Origin: Vicugna vicugna
Lineage: Eukaryota
NCBI GenBank assembly: GCA_013265495.1
Contig: MU057887.1
Location: 2,513,576 to 2,577,575 of the forward strand
Direction: 5' to 3'
DNA length: 64,000 nt
Part shown: positions 13,018-26,559 of the stretch, in pieces
Position numbering within the stretch: the first letter of the stretch is position 1
Layout of the letters: every line of letters begins with the position of its first letter
Notes under the pieces: model-generated
What the model was told of the DNA's origin: nothing
What the model saw: only the letters and a program-made list of their open reading frames with translations
Database searches by the model: none
Translations under genes and position numbers: made by a program

Positions 13018-13019
13018 TC
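12954..13019. repeat. (CTTC)n(TTTC)n compound microsatellite at the tail of an antisense L1
   Basis: Read directly. It abuts the poly-T end of the 13020-13530 element. Confidence 0.95.
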
Positions 13020-13530
13020 AATTTTATTTTTTATTGAAGTGAAGTTGACTTACAATATCAGTTTCAGGTGTACAGCAAAGCTATTCAGTTATATATTTAC
13101 ATATGTATATTTTTTTCTTTTCAGATTCTTTTTCATTGTATGTTATTAGAAGAAATTGAATACAGTTCCCTGAGCTACACAGTAGGACCTGGTTGTTTAT
13201 CTACTTTGTATATAGTAGTTTGTATCTGTTAATCCCAAACTCCTAATTTATCCCTCCCCCTCCTTTCCCCTTTGGTCACCGCAAATTTGTTTTCTATGTC
13301 TGTGAGTCCCTTTCTGTTTGATAAACAAGTTCATTTGTAGCACTTTTTTTTTAGAGTCCACATATAGGTAATAAGGTATGACATCTATTTTTCTCTATCT
13401 GACTTACTTCATTTAGTATGATAATCTCTAGGTCCATCCATGTTGCTACAAATGACATTATTTCATTCTTTTTTATGACTGAGTAATAGTCCACTATATA
13501 AATGTATCATATCTTATTTATCCATTCACT
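13020..13530 (-). mobile_element. Younger cetartiodactyl-type L1 3' fragment nested in the old L1
   Basis: ttattgaagtgaagttgacttacaatatcagtttcaggtgtacagcaaag...ctctaggtccatccatgttgct. Confidence 0.9.
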
Positions 13531-16159
13531 TTTCAGTGTTGCTTCTTAGGTCTTTATTGCTATGAATTTTACTCTAAGCACTATTCCATCCGCTTCCTAC
13601 AGACCTTGATCTATTATATTTTCATTTTCATTCAGTTCCTAATATTTTGGGTTTTCCTTTGTGTCTTCCCTTGTGCCCCATGTGTATTAGTTACTTAATA
13701 GTATGTGATTTATTTTTCAAGTATTTGACGAGTTTCTTGGTACCTTTCTGTTATTCACTTCTAGTCTAATTTCATTATGGTTACAGAACATGCTTTGTGA
13801 GATTTCAATTACTTTAAATTTGGTTTGTTTAATGACCCAAGATATGGCTTATTTTGTAACTTGTGCCCTTGCAAAGAATGTGTCCTTTACTGCTGGAGGA
13901 GAAGCATCCCATAACTGCCCGTTAGTTCAGCTGATGATGCTGTTCCTCCGTCTCTGAGACACTCACTCACTTCCTGCTCTCTGGTTCTGTGTGCTGAGCA
14001 CAGGGTGTTGAGGTCTCCAGCTGCAGGTGAGGGTTTGTCTCCTCCTTTCACTTCTACCCATTTCTGCTCCATGCATTTTTAAGCTCTGTTATTAGGTGCA
14101 TACACGTTTATGATTGTTATGTCTTCTGGGGATATTGTATCATTATGTTATGCCACTCTTTATCCCTGGTAATTTTCTTTGTTGTAAAGTCTAATTTATC
14201 TGATACTAAAATGGCCACTTAACACGGAAGGATAAAACCTTACTAGTGCTCTGGTCCCTTTGCTTCCACTCCTCTATGTTATCATCTTATTATTGCATCT
14301 ACATACATAGAAAATTCTACCAGACAATGAATGATAAAATTTTGCTTTCAACTGTCAAGCATATTCTAAAGAACTCAAGGACAAATAGTCTATCTCCCCA
14401 ATTATTTACCATTTCTGTTGCTATTTCTTCATTCTGGATTTTCCAAGTTTCCTTCTCATATTTTTTCCCGTCTCTCTGAAGGAATTCCTCTATAAATTCT
14501 TTTAAAGCAGGTCTGCTAGAAATGAATTTTCAGTTTTCCTTCATCTGAGAACAGTTTTATGTGACCTTCTTCTTAAAGGATATTTTCACTGTGTTTAAAA
14601 TTTTGGACTGACAGCACTTTAAAATGCTTTCAGCACTTTAAAAATGTCTCACTTCCCTCTGGCCTCCACAATTAATGACGAGAAATCTCCAGTGAGTAAA
14701 ACTGTTGTTCCCCTATAAGTAATGGATGGATTTTATTTAGATGCTGTCAATATTTTCTCTTGTCTTTAAATTTCATTAGTTTTATTATGATGTGCTTGAT
14801 TGCAGATTTTTAAAAATCTTTTTTCTCTCTGTTTTCCACGTTGGATAATTTCTACTATCTCTTCTCAATCATCCAGTCTGCAGCTGAGACTAATGAGTAC
14901 TTAATTTTGGTTATTCTATTTTCAGTTCTAAAATTATTATTTGATTCTTCTTTACATCTCCTGTCTTTGCTGGAATTGTCTTTGTCTCTCTTGGCTTTTG
15001 TTTCATGCATGTTTACCCTTATTTGTTGGAGCATGTTTATAATAGCTACTTTATTATCTTTGTTCAGTACTTCTGACATCTGCCTCACGTTGGTGTTGTC
15101 ATCTGCTACTCATTCCCTGGTAATTTTGGATTGTGTCCTGGATGTTTTCCGTATTTCCTTTTGGCACCTTGGGCCTCGTGTAAATCCTATAAGAATGTTG
15201 ATGTTTAAGTTTTAACAAGCAGTTGATCTGTGAAGTTCAAGCCTCCAGTCCCTGCATGTCTTCAGTGGGTGGTGCCTCAAGGGTCAGTGCAGTTTTTAAG
15301 ATACTTTTCCATCTACCCCATGTGTGCAATACCCAGCATCTGGAGAGAGTAGTTTATTTTCTAAACAGCTATGTATGCTGTTTACAATCAGATACACACA
15401 CGCACAGCTCAGAGATGAGCCCAGAGGCTCACACACAGCTCTGAGAGGTCCCTTGCCCAAGCTCCTCCCTCCTCACAATCTCCTTGGTGCTTTCCAATGC
15501 CTGGAAAATTCCAGTTTCCCCCGGCCAGTCACCCAACTCTGCCTACCTTCCTGTACCGGTACCCACGTATGGAGGCAAACAGGAGGAGGACACAGAAAGC
15601 GGAAAAGCAGAGGAGGGCGGCCCCACCCTCTTGAAATCACATCTTCTTTCGTAGGAGAGGACCCTTCCCTCCATCAGACTGCTGGCTGCTGTGGGTTCCT
15701 TTCCCACGACAGCTGCTCCGCTGCCACCGCCGGGCTGCCGGAGGCCAGGGCGCGAGAGAGCAGAGGGAAAAAAGGAAAACGAGCAGTTTCCACAGTCCGC
15801 TCTGAGCATTCGCTGTCACCTGGCCTCTTCCTCAAGCTAAGACTAGAGGGTGTCCTGGCCCTCTGCATGCTCGCACTGCTCGGGGCGCCAGCTGCGCTGG
15901 GCTCCGGCTGCAGGACCCCAGGGCATGGCAGCGGGGCTCGCTCTGCAGGCATTGCTTGGAGCTCCGATCTTTTCCTCCCAGATCCTCCCACTGCTATTCA
16001 CTTTCCTGAATCCTGAAACAGTGTCCTGTCCAGGCCTCCGTCTTCCTTCAGTGGAAGAGACGGGCAGAGTGTGCTTACTCCATCTTACCTGGAGCCAGCG
16101 CTGCCGCCCCCATGTGTTTCTGTTTTATTTTCTGGTGTTTCGTTACGACAGTGAGACGT

Positions 16160-16162
16160 TGT

Positions 16163-16194
<32 letters not shown>

Positions 16195-16205
16195 ACACAT
16201 ACACA
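16160..16205. repeat. 46-bp alternating purine/pyrimidine tract, (TG)n core
   Basis: tgtgcacgtgt(gt)n acacatacaca with unbroken alternation. Confidence 0.9.
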
Positions 16206-18234
16206 GGCTGGCTTCAGTATTTCAGGATAATCTGCTGAAGAACTAACATCTGGTAGAATGATCTTCAGATGAATCAGGAAAGAGGTCGATATTCTTGTAG
16301 GAAACACTGAGACATCCGAGAACTAAACCATTTCACTGCCAGGGTTAGAGTACAGCGCCCGAAGTCCTCAGCTGTGAAGTCTACAGTCAGAGCTAAGCAC
16401 ACTAGGCCGTACAAGATGGTCACAAATTAACTGGAAAGAGCGTTGGCTGCACTACAGAGCCGATTAGATCCAAATCCATGAAGCTGACTTTCTTTTTACC
16501 AGTTCAATTCACCAAAACCGTGTGGAATGAAAAAGACGGTGTCAGACACTCCTTGAACTGGATGTTTCCAGCCAGCTACCTTTGAAGTCCCTGCTTTCTA
16601 TGTGTCAATGCCTGCCTGGGTTGAGAGGTGCCACCCAAGCATTCGGCGTTGGAATGTGAGGACAGAGAGCAGGCGAGAACAGGGCATCGCCTGTGCAGGG
16701 CGTCTTTGAAGCTGCATCCGATCAAAGCCATCTTTGCTTCTCCTGGGCACTGCTTTTCATTTCCAGCACGCCGTGTCGACGTTGGTGTAAAGCAGCGAGT
16801 TAAAAGCGCCTGTCAAGTGAAATCTGGATTTTTTTCCCAATCAGTTTACATCATGTTCAGGTTCCATGACAAATTTTATAATTAAATTCCAGTGACTCCT
16901 ACCAGGTCAGGTGTGCCTTGAACACTTCCCACAGATGTGTTTTCGCACACACAGGAGCAATGCGGTTCTGATGCCAACACCTCTTTGGATGAATGGGTGA
17001 AGTTTACAAAGGGAATGATCTGATGTTCTAATTTGTCAGCATAGGCTAAACGGGAGAAGGCACAGGTATAACGTGTGCAGATTTGTTCCGTTCATTTGTT
17101 TGTCAAATGCTAACTGAACGCTGACTGGTCCCAGCTCCCCGGGGCGCCGCGTCTGCACCTGGCGGGTAGGACGCTCACAGCCCAGGGTGCAGCTGGGCCG
17201 GAGGGCAGCCTCCTTCGTCTTTACTCAAATTAGTGTGATTTCTCTGCTAGGCCCTCACTGCCCCACGCTGAAATGGGGATCTCAATCCTGACAGCGCAAG
17301 GCACACTCAGCCACACTGGGGCTCCTCTCTCACGTTTCAGCTGGAGGCAGAGCCCACTCCCCACTCCCCGCTCCCCGCTCGGTGCGGGTGTCTCAGCTGC
17401 GCAGAATCACTGAATTGTTATTGCTATTACAAATCTCCAGGTTTTTGCCGTCTCTTTCTGTTGGCGTCCAGTGGGTGACAGGTCACATCACTAAGGCAGA
17501 CATCCTCCCTCCACTCTGCGTGGGCGGATGACGACAGCAGCCCTCCATGGTCTGCGGGTTGTGCAGCCCGCGTGCGTCTGCCAGCTGCGTCCCCTCCGCG
17601 GCCAGGAAGCCCTTTCCATTCTTCCCGCATTTTACTTCAAGGACAACATTGAAACGTCCTTCCATTCCAGCTGCGTTTGCAGGAGACCTGGTCTCTCCAC
17701 CTGAACCCCTCCGGGCACCCCACACACCTGGCTTTTGCCTGCGCACCTGTCACAGCCGCTCCTCTGGGAAGGCTGGGTCCCTGCACCGCATTAGCCCCTC
17801 CCCTCAGCATCTCCTGGGGCGTTTCCAGCACTGCCTGCCTCTGCTGGCTCTTCAGAGACCCACGCCAGGGACTGACCCCAGTCTCTGACTGTCCTGCCTT
17901 GAGAATGTCCAGTCTTCAGAAATGCCGCCAGTCATTGTTTACGACACACACTTTGCCGTCTGATCTTTCAAGCTCTTAGGTTTTGGGGACCTCGAACGCC
18001 TTTGCTCAGTGTTAAAACGAATCTCTCGCTTGTTTGTGGCACTGGCTGTCAGGACTGATGTCTCTTTTTTGAGAAGAGCACGTAACGTAAGAGCTAGCCC
18101 CCCAGCAAGTTTGTCAGTATGTAATGCAGACTGTTGGCTGTGAACCCTGTGCTGAGCGGTGGATCTGCAGAAACAGCTCATCGTGCATAACTCTGTGCAT
18201 TTTGACTGACACAAAAAGTCTTCAAAAATACAGG

Positions 18235-18397
18235 GGCGAGAGGAAGCTTTTGGAGATGGTGGAAAGTTGATGGCCTTGAGTGTGCTGATGGGTTAACGGG
18301 TGTGCACCTGCCTCCAAACTCCTAAAGTTCTACAGTAAATATGTACAGATATTGCACATCCATCATTATCTCAATAAAGCGATTTTAAAAATAAAAA
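18235..18397 (+). mobile_element. Old L1 (L1MC-like) 3' end
   Basis: ggaagcttttggagatggtggaaa...taaatatgtacag...tctcaataaagcgattttaaaaa. Confidence 0.75.
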
Positions 18398-20589
18398 GGC
18401 TGATCTACCTGGTGTGTGTTTCAAAAACTTACTGTGAGGGAAAAAAAGCCCCGTATCAGACTCTCCGTTTCTGCATAAATCAGCTTCTGCAGCCGTAGTT
18501 GTAGTGGCAGAAGGGCAACTTCTATCTCCTGAAGAAGGGAATCCTAACGGTGAACAACCATTGACAAATACTTCAAGATAAGACAGAGTCAAAGTCTTCG
18601 GGAATGTCACAGTGCCGTGAAGAATCGAGTTGATCAGTGTGGGCGGAGCTGTGGCAACGGCAGACACCCCGCTACCGGCATCAGTGGCTCAGGGATGGAA
18701 AGCAGAGTTTTTGAAGCGACCGACAGTCCTGGCTGGGTCTCTGGCTCACGCTCAGATCGGCGGAAGGCTCCCCTCGGGGCCCCTGGCTGGCGGCCCCTCC
18801 GCCACGCTCAGCGCAGGACCCCCAAGGTCGTCCCGAGACCTCATTCACCGGAAAGCGGGGTGAAGGTGGTGAGCACGCGGGGGAGGGTGTTCTGGCCGGA
18901 ACTGGCGATGCCACGCAGAGCCTCCACTCACATCCCATTTGCTGCAGCTCCGTCAGGCCGCGGCTCCCACCTGCAAAGGTGTGCGAACCCACGGGAAAGC
19001 TGTGTGCCCAGGAAGGGGAGCACGGGGATGCTGGTGAACACATTGCCAGGGGCTCCCTTTTGGGTCACCAAATGTCCAAGTGTCCCCGTCATCACACACG
19101 GAAGACGCGCCTCCCGCACCAGGGAGACGTGGAATGCCCCACTGCATTCCGTCAGCTCAAAGCCCCAGAAGGCCGAGGGGGCTCAGGCCCCTCCTCCAGG
19201 TCCAGATGTGCTTCTCTTGGTCCTGCCCCCTAGAAAGTACAAAGGAAAGAGGTCTGTCTTCCCTCCATCTTGACACACACCCCCAACAAGAATGACGGAT
19301 CAGGTGGAGACCCACGCACGGCTGGCCCTGGCCTACGGCAGTGACACTCTGGTGGGACAAGGGGCTGAGGCCCCTGCGCACGGGGACAGTGACATGACTG
19401 GACCTGGGTCTGCTCTCCTAGGGGAACGCCGGTGTCCACTGTTCTCATGGCCCCTGTTCTCACCCTTCTGACGGCTCTCCATTGCTCACCACTGTCCATG
19501 GCCAAGTCCAAGTGTGTCTCCCTGGGGACCGCACTGCAGCTCCAGTCCAATCCCTACGCGTCCAAGTTCAGCAGCTCCAAGGTCGTGCTAATGCTCGTGC
19601 AGTGAAAGCTTTCTGCAGCCCCAGCGTGTGTCTTCTTTACCAGCAACTCTCAGTGGGCTTAATGGAATTGAGAAACATCATTTCCGCGTGCCAATAACCA
19701 AACCGAAAGTTCTGTTTTTCCCAGATATAGTTTACAAAGCTCCATTATTCCTTAGTTTCTCTGTCCCCAAATCTTTTTTTCTCTCTCTCAGTCTAATGGC
19801 AGCTTCCTTGAGGCGACTGGGGATGGGGAGGAGGTTTGGTAAGTAGGCAGCACCCTTAATCTGCTCTTTGCTGCCTGGTTGGATTCCTATGTCTAATTGA
19901 GAAGCCTTAATGGGATTTCGAAGCTCAATGCCTTTGCAATCTCGCTTCCCACTGTTCGGGATTTGGGAGTGTTTTTCCAAAGCAAACTTGTCGATTCTCT
20001 CTATTTTCTCTAATTTCTTTTTTTCGCAGACTGAATAATTACTGCGTGAGTTTATCTCTGTCTCATAAATCTCTGCTGTAAGAGACACGGAGGCACCAAC
20101 ACACACTCCGTTGTGTCCCGTCTCGCACGGGCTCGGGGCTCGCCATCTTCACGGAGCGGGGTGCCTGCCACCCTTGCGCTAAGCCAGTGCCATCCGTTTT
20201 AGGTTTTCCATGCGGCAGCTCCCCACCTCCGCAGGCCAATTTCTGTGATGATTAGAATGCACCGAGAAGCAGTAAGAATAGACCTCCACATCTTAATGCT
20301 TTAAAAACAAGCAAGAAAATTATTTCATTCTCCATCAACACGTGGACGGGCCCCCAGGACAGCGACTCAGCCCTCCTGCGTGTAGCCCTTCAGGGGCCCA
20401 GGGCAGCGCACGACTTTTTCACCCTGTGGCTCTCAAGGTTGGCCTGTCCCTGCTGGGGGAGAGAAGGTCCAGAAAGGGCACAAGTGGGTGCTCCACGGGT
20501 CCCGCCAGGCAGTACCCCACACCACGCCGCCCGTCACCCGCTGGGCGGGACCTCGTCACGTGGCGGTGGTGTCCAGATCCCGATGCCTG

Positions 20590-21395
20590 TTCATTCCGGG
20601 AGGATGTGAGTGTGTTGGGGGTCAGGGAGCAGTTTCCACCACCAAGCAAATCTCTGGACACCAGGGGGTGTCCTACCATCCCCTCAATTCTGACGCCGTC
20701 TCCCTGGGGATCCCACAGGCGAAGGGCTCGGTGCCACAGCCTGCCCCCGCCCGCTTCAGGCGGTAGTCCCGAGCCCAGGTTGACACCTGCACTTCTGACA
20801 GTCTGGCTGCCAATCGGACGTTCCCAAGATGCCCTCCTTGGGTTGGATTAATTTCCTAGAGTTGCTCACAGAACTCGGAAGACTCGCTTCCTCACCAGAT
20901 CATAGGTTCCTTATAAAAGGATGTAACACAGGAACAGCCAGAAGGAAGAGATGCTTAGACAAGGTGTGGGGAAAGAGCACGGAGCAGCCGCGCCTCCCCA
21001 GCGGGCCGCCCTCCCCGCATCGCCGCGTGTTCCCCAGCCTGGAGCTCTCGCAGCACGTCCTTCTGGGGCCTTGTGGAGCCTTCATGTACCTACCTAGCTG
21101 TAACTGAGTGAATCATGAGCCACTGCTGGCTGCACTCAGCCTCCAGTCCCTCCTCCTCCCGGAGTCCTGGAGGCAGGCCGCGGGCTGGGGGAACTGACAG
21201 TTCCCACCCTCCAATCGCATGCTTGGCTTCCCTGGCCCCCATCCTTAGGCGAGGCCCTAAAGTCACCTTGTTAACCAACAAATGACACGAGTTGCTCTCA
21301 TCGCTGAGGAAATTCCAAGGGTTTGGGAAGCTCTGTGTCAGAAGTGGGATCCAAGGCCAAGTACGTATTTCTTATTATAAGTCACAGTGTCACAC
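20590..21395 (-). mobile_element. MER21-like ERV LTR
   Basis: accaagcaaatctctggacacc...ctcaattctgac...ccttgggttggattaatttcctagag...ctcacagaactc, ending in cttattataagtcacagtgtcaca. Confidence 0.8.
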
Positions 21396-23449
21396 AGACA
21401 GCACGGGGTCATGAGAGGTGAAGTGTAGTGCCCACGCAGGAGAAAGCAGAAACTGATTTTCCCAAACAGCGGACAGCTTGTGGCACAGAGAGGCTGCTAT
21501 GGAAACAGTGAGGAAGCCCCGCCATGCTGCAGGCACGCACCCACGGAGAAGGCGGCGCACAGGTACCAGGGCCAGAGGCTCTCAGGACCTCCTGAGAAGT
21601 TTGGGTAGATGGTGGGGTCTAGGTGCTCCTTGGGCGATGCTGGGAGGGTGGTGGGTGGGAAGGATGTGAGGCCGAGGGAACATGTGGGTTAAAGCAGAGC
21701 TTGTGGGGCTGTGAGTCAGAGAGGCACAAAGAGGCTGGGACACAGGCAGGTGGATGGAGCAGAACGTATGAGGCGTGGGGGAGCCGGGGTCATGCGGGGA
21801 AGGGCTAATGTGGATTCCTGGGGGCAGCAGTCCATCAAGCAGATTATTCTCAGCCTGGAAAGAAACATGGTCAACAGTCTACCTTGTTCCTCACTAACTC
21901 AGGCACCAGGAACGGAAATTAGGGAGGATGCGGTTGGGCTAGGGTAGGATGAGGACGGTCCGTGATTGTCTGGATCCAGTCCCTCTGTTCCGGTCCAGCG
22001 TCGTCTGTGAAGGACTCAATGTCTTGTCCTGTTAAAGGGTCAGTATTGGCTCCCTGATCTCTTTAGGTGGTTAGATTTTGTGAGCAAAGAGGGACTCGAG
22101 AGTAGAAAAAGTACAAGAAATGGATTTTTAAGAACATGCTTTTGAAAACGAAAGATGGGAGTGACTTAACTAAATGTCTAATTATCAGTGGGATACGTAA
22201 GGTGGAAAATGCGCCGAGGAAAGAGGTGTTGTTTTGGCAACTGGGCCAGTCTGCCAACGTCCTTTGCAGCCCCCTGCCTTTCTGGGGTCAGCTGACCCCC
22301 TGACCTCACCCCAGACTGACTGAGAGAGCTCTCCTGGGGTCCCTCAGGGCTCAGGGCTTCAGAGCATCACAGGGCTCCTCCGAGTGCAGCCTGGGTCTTT
22401 CCACAGGCCTTCGTCCACCGTGGAGCTGTGGGGTTCAAAAGGGGGTCACAACTATGAGCAGGAGACAGACAGAGGGCAGCCCTGCCAAGGTAACCCTCCC
22501 AGGGGGTTTTGGTGATTCCACAATTCACTGAAAATCCTTCCGTGTCACAAAAACGCCAGGGCCAACCCCACCTGTCTTTAGAAACAATTCAAAAATGGAA
22601 TAAAGCCATTTAGAAGAGGGATTATGAGACAACAAGAGAAAACAATGGAAAACAAATTTAAAACCCCTTTAGAAATAGCAGCTATGTTAGAAGCAGTAAC
22701 ATTTGGGGGAGCTGACTGCAGTCGAGGGGGAGATGTCATACGGACAAAGACAAAGGGAAGACAAGACGTAATTGGTATTTTTGAAGAATGAAAAAAAAAG
22801 ATGCAAACATGTAACAAAAAGACACCTTCCTGAGGAGACAGAATACTTGAATGTGCAGATCAAAACGGCACGCCACAGCCCAGGAAGGAAACGATGGGAG
22901 CTCAGCACTGAACACGCGCAGGAGGAGACGCGAGCATCTCGGGTGCCACGCGAAGGTCTCTGAGGTGGTGGGGAGTCAGGCTGGCCGCAGGTTTCCTCAC
23001 AGCAGCAGTCAAGGAAAACAGTTGGAGAGGACGAGGACAGTGTGTATGAAGTTCCGAAGGGAAGAAGGAAATCCGTCCTTCTAATGCAAAGATAAGAGAC
23101 AGACATTCCACACACAAAACTCCAGGAACAACAGGGCCCCAGAACCCTTCTTGGGGAGAATCCAGCTCACAAAGGGATGAATGTAAATAAACCTAGAGGG
23201 GGAATCCGGACTCGAGCACCTGAGGGTGAGCCCTGGAACTGGGAAGTATTAAACCAGATCAGAACAGCTGTGGAAGCTGTGGTCTGGAGTCCAACCAGGG
23301 GGTGTGGCCGTCAGTCCCAGCAAAATGAGATGATCGCGTAATAGCAATGGGGGGAGTGTAATTGTGCTCAGTCTCCACTTTGATGGAAACAGTCAGTGAC
23401 TACCGTATAAATTTCAAACACATCCTTAAAAATGCACAAGGGCTGTTCT

Positions 23450-25030
23450 TCAATAGGAATGTCAGACAACTCAGTAGGGAAAGAGCAGTCTTTTCAACAA
23501 ATGGTGTTGGAACAACTGGCTGTCCACAGGCAAAATGATAAACTGGAGCCTCTAATTCACATTATATACAAACATTAGCTAAAATGAATCATTGATCTAA
23601 ATGTAAGAGCTAACATTATAAAATTATTAGAAGAAAATATGGGTGTAAATTGTTATGATCTTTGCTTAGGCAGTGGTTTCTTGGATATGACATCAAAAGC
23701 AATGAAACAAAAAATAGATACATTGGGCTTTATCAAAATTAAAAACATTTACACTTCAGATAATAAGAAAGTGAAAATGTCCTTAGAATGGGGGAAAATA
23801 GGAGCAAATCATATATCTGATAATGGACTTGTATCCAGAATTGATTAAGTACTCTCCCAATGCCTATAAATCCTACATTAAAATAGTCAGAGGACTTAAA
23901 TACATTGCTTTATAGAAGATGCAAGCACGTGATAAGACAGCAAACACCATCAGATATTAGGGAAACAAAAATCAAACCACAGTGAGCTAGCACTTCATGC
24001 CCATGAGGACGGCTACTATTTAAAGGCCAGTAACGTTAATCAAGGACAAACCAGAACAAGGGTTGGGGAAGGTGTGGAGAAACCAGAACCCTCCTGCATC
24101 ATGGGCAGAATTGTAAAATGGTGCAGATCCCACGGAAAACAGTTTGGCTGTTCCCCAAAATATTAAATATAGAATTACCACACGATCCAACAACTCTCCT
24201 CTAAGGTGTGTATACACACGTGCACGTCCAAGAGGAATGAAAACATATGTCCTCATAAAATCTTGTACACACAGATTTTCACAACAGAATTATTCATAAT
24301 AACCCCAAAGTGGAAATATCCCAAATGTCCATCCACTGATGAGTCAATAAACAAAATGTGGTATATTCATACAATGAAATAGCATATTATTTGGCCGTAG
24401 AAATAATGACATACTGATACAGCATGTTTGAAACTCAAAAATATTACACTAAGTGAAAGAAGCAGTCACAAAAGACCACATGTTTGTATAATTTCATTTA
24501 TATAAAATGTCCAGGATAAGCAAATCTATAGAGACAGAAAATACATTTGTGTTGTCAGGAACTAGGGGTTGGAGGGAACGGAGGATGAATGGAGAGTTAA
24601 GGGGTCAGAGTTTCTCTTTAAGGGGATGGGAATGTTCTAAAATTAGCTTATGGTGGTGTCTGGACTAGTTTGTGGATATACTAAAACCACTGGCTTGTAC
24701 ACTTTCTTTTTTTAGATTTTTTTATTGAAGTGTAGTTGATTTACAGTGTTAGTTTCAGGTGTACAGCAAAGTGATTCAGTTATACATATACGTACGTATA
24801 TATTTTTCTTTTCAGATTCTCTTGCATTATATGTCATTTCAAAAAATTGAATATGGTTTCCTATGCTGTACAGTAGGTCCTTGCTGTTTATGCATTTTAT
24901 GCTCAGTAGTGTAGATCTGTTCATCCCAAGTTCCTAATCTGTCCCTCCCCTGCACTTTCCCCTTCCGCAACCTGACTTGTACACTCTAAATTAGTGATTT
25001 TTATGTCGATCATATCTCAGTTTAAGCGGT
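23450..25030 (+). mobile_element. L1MB-like ORF2 end plus 3' UTR (AT-rich)
   Basis: agtcttttcaacaaatggtgttggaacaactgg...aaatctatagagacagaaa...atgttctaaaattag. Confidence 0.9.
24706..24971 (-). mobile_element. Young truncated L1 3' end with target-site duplication
   Basis: Flanked by ctggcttgtacacttt (24690-24705) and ctgacttgtacactct (24972-24987), 14/16 identical. Confidence 0.9.
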
Positions 25031-25199
25031 GCTAACATACACACTAACTCCAGTATCCTAACACACATAGTAGTCACTTTATACTGAAATGTGTACACAT
25101 GTTTGAAATGAATAACTTGGAAAACAAATGTTTATCTGAAATTTTAAAACATTAATTGAACCCCCCTTCCATTAACCCACATCCAGTGTGTGTCCTGCT

Positions 25200-25420
25200 T
25201 ACCACACACTCAGCACTGTTTGAAGCTCTCTATCTGTATTAACATTAACTGTTCTATTTCCCATGACCATGAGGAATATGGTCCTGTGATCACCTGCATT
25301 TTGCAGAGTAGGACGCTGAGATGGGGAGACTTGGTTGTTCACCCGGAGCCACCCAGCTGATCAGGGGTAACACCAGGATCTGAACACACGCTGTCCTATG
25401 CCAAGCCTGTGCTCTTACCC
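25200..25420 (-). mobile_element. MIR SINE
   Basis: cattttgcagagtaggacgctgag...cacccagctg...ccaggatctgaacac...gcctgtgctctta is antisense MIR. Confidence 0.7.
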
Positions 25421-25749
25421 CCGCTGCCCTCTGCTTCTGCAGATGAAATATGTCCTTTATTAAAAACTAGATGGGCTGGAGCCATTTTCATTTTATGAGC
25501 CCATTCCATCTGCCTTAAGCATTTACCTGCCAGCCTCTCAATGCCTCCTTCCATCTTTATATATCCACAGAGGTAAGTCGAGAATAACCTTCTCCAAATA
25601 TTATCTGTGGTTATTTCTGGGTTCTGAGAAGGGTGAAATCTTTACCTTTTCTTCTGTCAGCTCTGAGTCATTTGACTCTATTATAGGAAGCTTGTGTCAT
25701 TTTTACAAAAAAAAATCATTTTTCTTTAAAGATGGAGAGACCAATGAAA

Positions 25750-25915
25750 AGGTGGGCAGACATAAAAATAGATAAGTGGATGGATGAATACTGGATCTAG
25801 AAGACAGACATAGATAGATCAGCCAAATAGATAAGAGAGACAGAGATGGATGGATGGATAGATGGATGGATAGATAACAGAGATCAACTGATTGATTTAT
25901 AGATGGATGGATACA
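25750..25915. repeat. Degenerate (GATA)n/(GGAT)n simple repeat
   Basis: Read directly from the sequence. Confidence 0.85.
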
Positions 25916-26559
25916 CAATAGGTAGAGAGATGAAAGTTAGAAAGGGAAGAAGGAGGGAGGGAAGATATTGTTAGAGGCAGATGGACTCTGGCCCAATCAC
26001 AGATCTCCAGACTTGGAACCTGGACTGGGAGTCGATGCTTCAGAGCCGTCCTGAGTGAGCAGCCCAGCGGGGCCGCTGATCACTTCCTGGGGCCCACTGA
26101 TGCAGCAGGTCGTGCAGGGGACTGGGTGTCTGGAGACTTGGGTGTCAGTTCTAAGTCCATGCCTAGTGTTCTGTGAAAATAAGACACTTCTTGGGCTTCA
26201 ACGCTGGGACCTTCACAAACCATTCTGTACTAGGAATTAGGCATCTTGTCAGTTTGTGCGTCTTTCGGCTTCAGGGAGCATCGTGGCAATCGCAGTGCTA
26301 TGTGACAGCATCCCCGAATTCCTCACCCGTGCTTTTGTCTCTGGCTTTGTTTTTTAATGACCTCTTAATCAGTCCCTTATTTCTGAATCACCCAAGCACT
26401 TCATTTCCACTGCTCTGTTGATGCCTTCACACTCTCCAACTCTTTCCCCATCATTTCTCCTGACACTTGACAAAAGCATTTCCTTCCATAGATGGGTAAG
26501 CTTAGCTCCGTTTGCTTTACTTGATATGTTTACAGCCTCCCTCCAAGAACCCCAGTCTT

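Larger units (their letters stand above)
12110..16100 (-). mobile_element. Old L1 (L1M-type) relic with ORF2, ORF1 and probable 5' region
   Basis: T-rich antisense L1 sequence. Minus ORF 14855-15088 (QMSEVLNKDNKVAIINMLQQ...ITKIKYSL) resembles decayed L1 ORF1p. Confidence 0.8.

Noticed and set aside
14855..15088. ORF as a host gene
   Set aside because: It is a decayed L1 ORF1 fragment.
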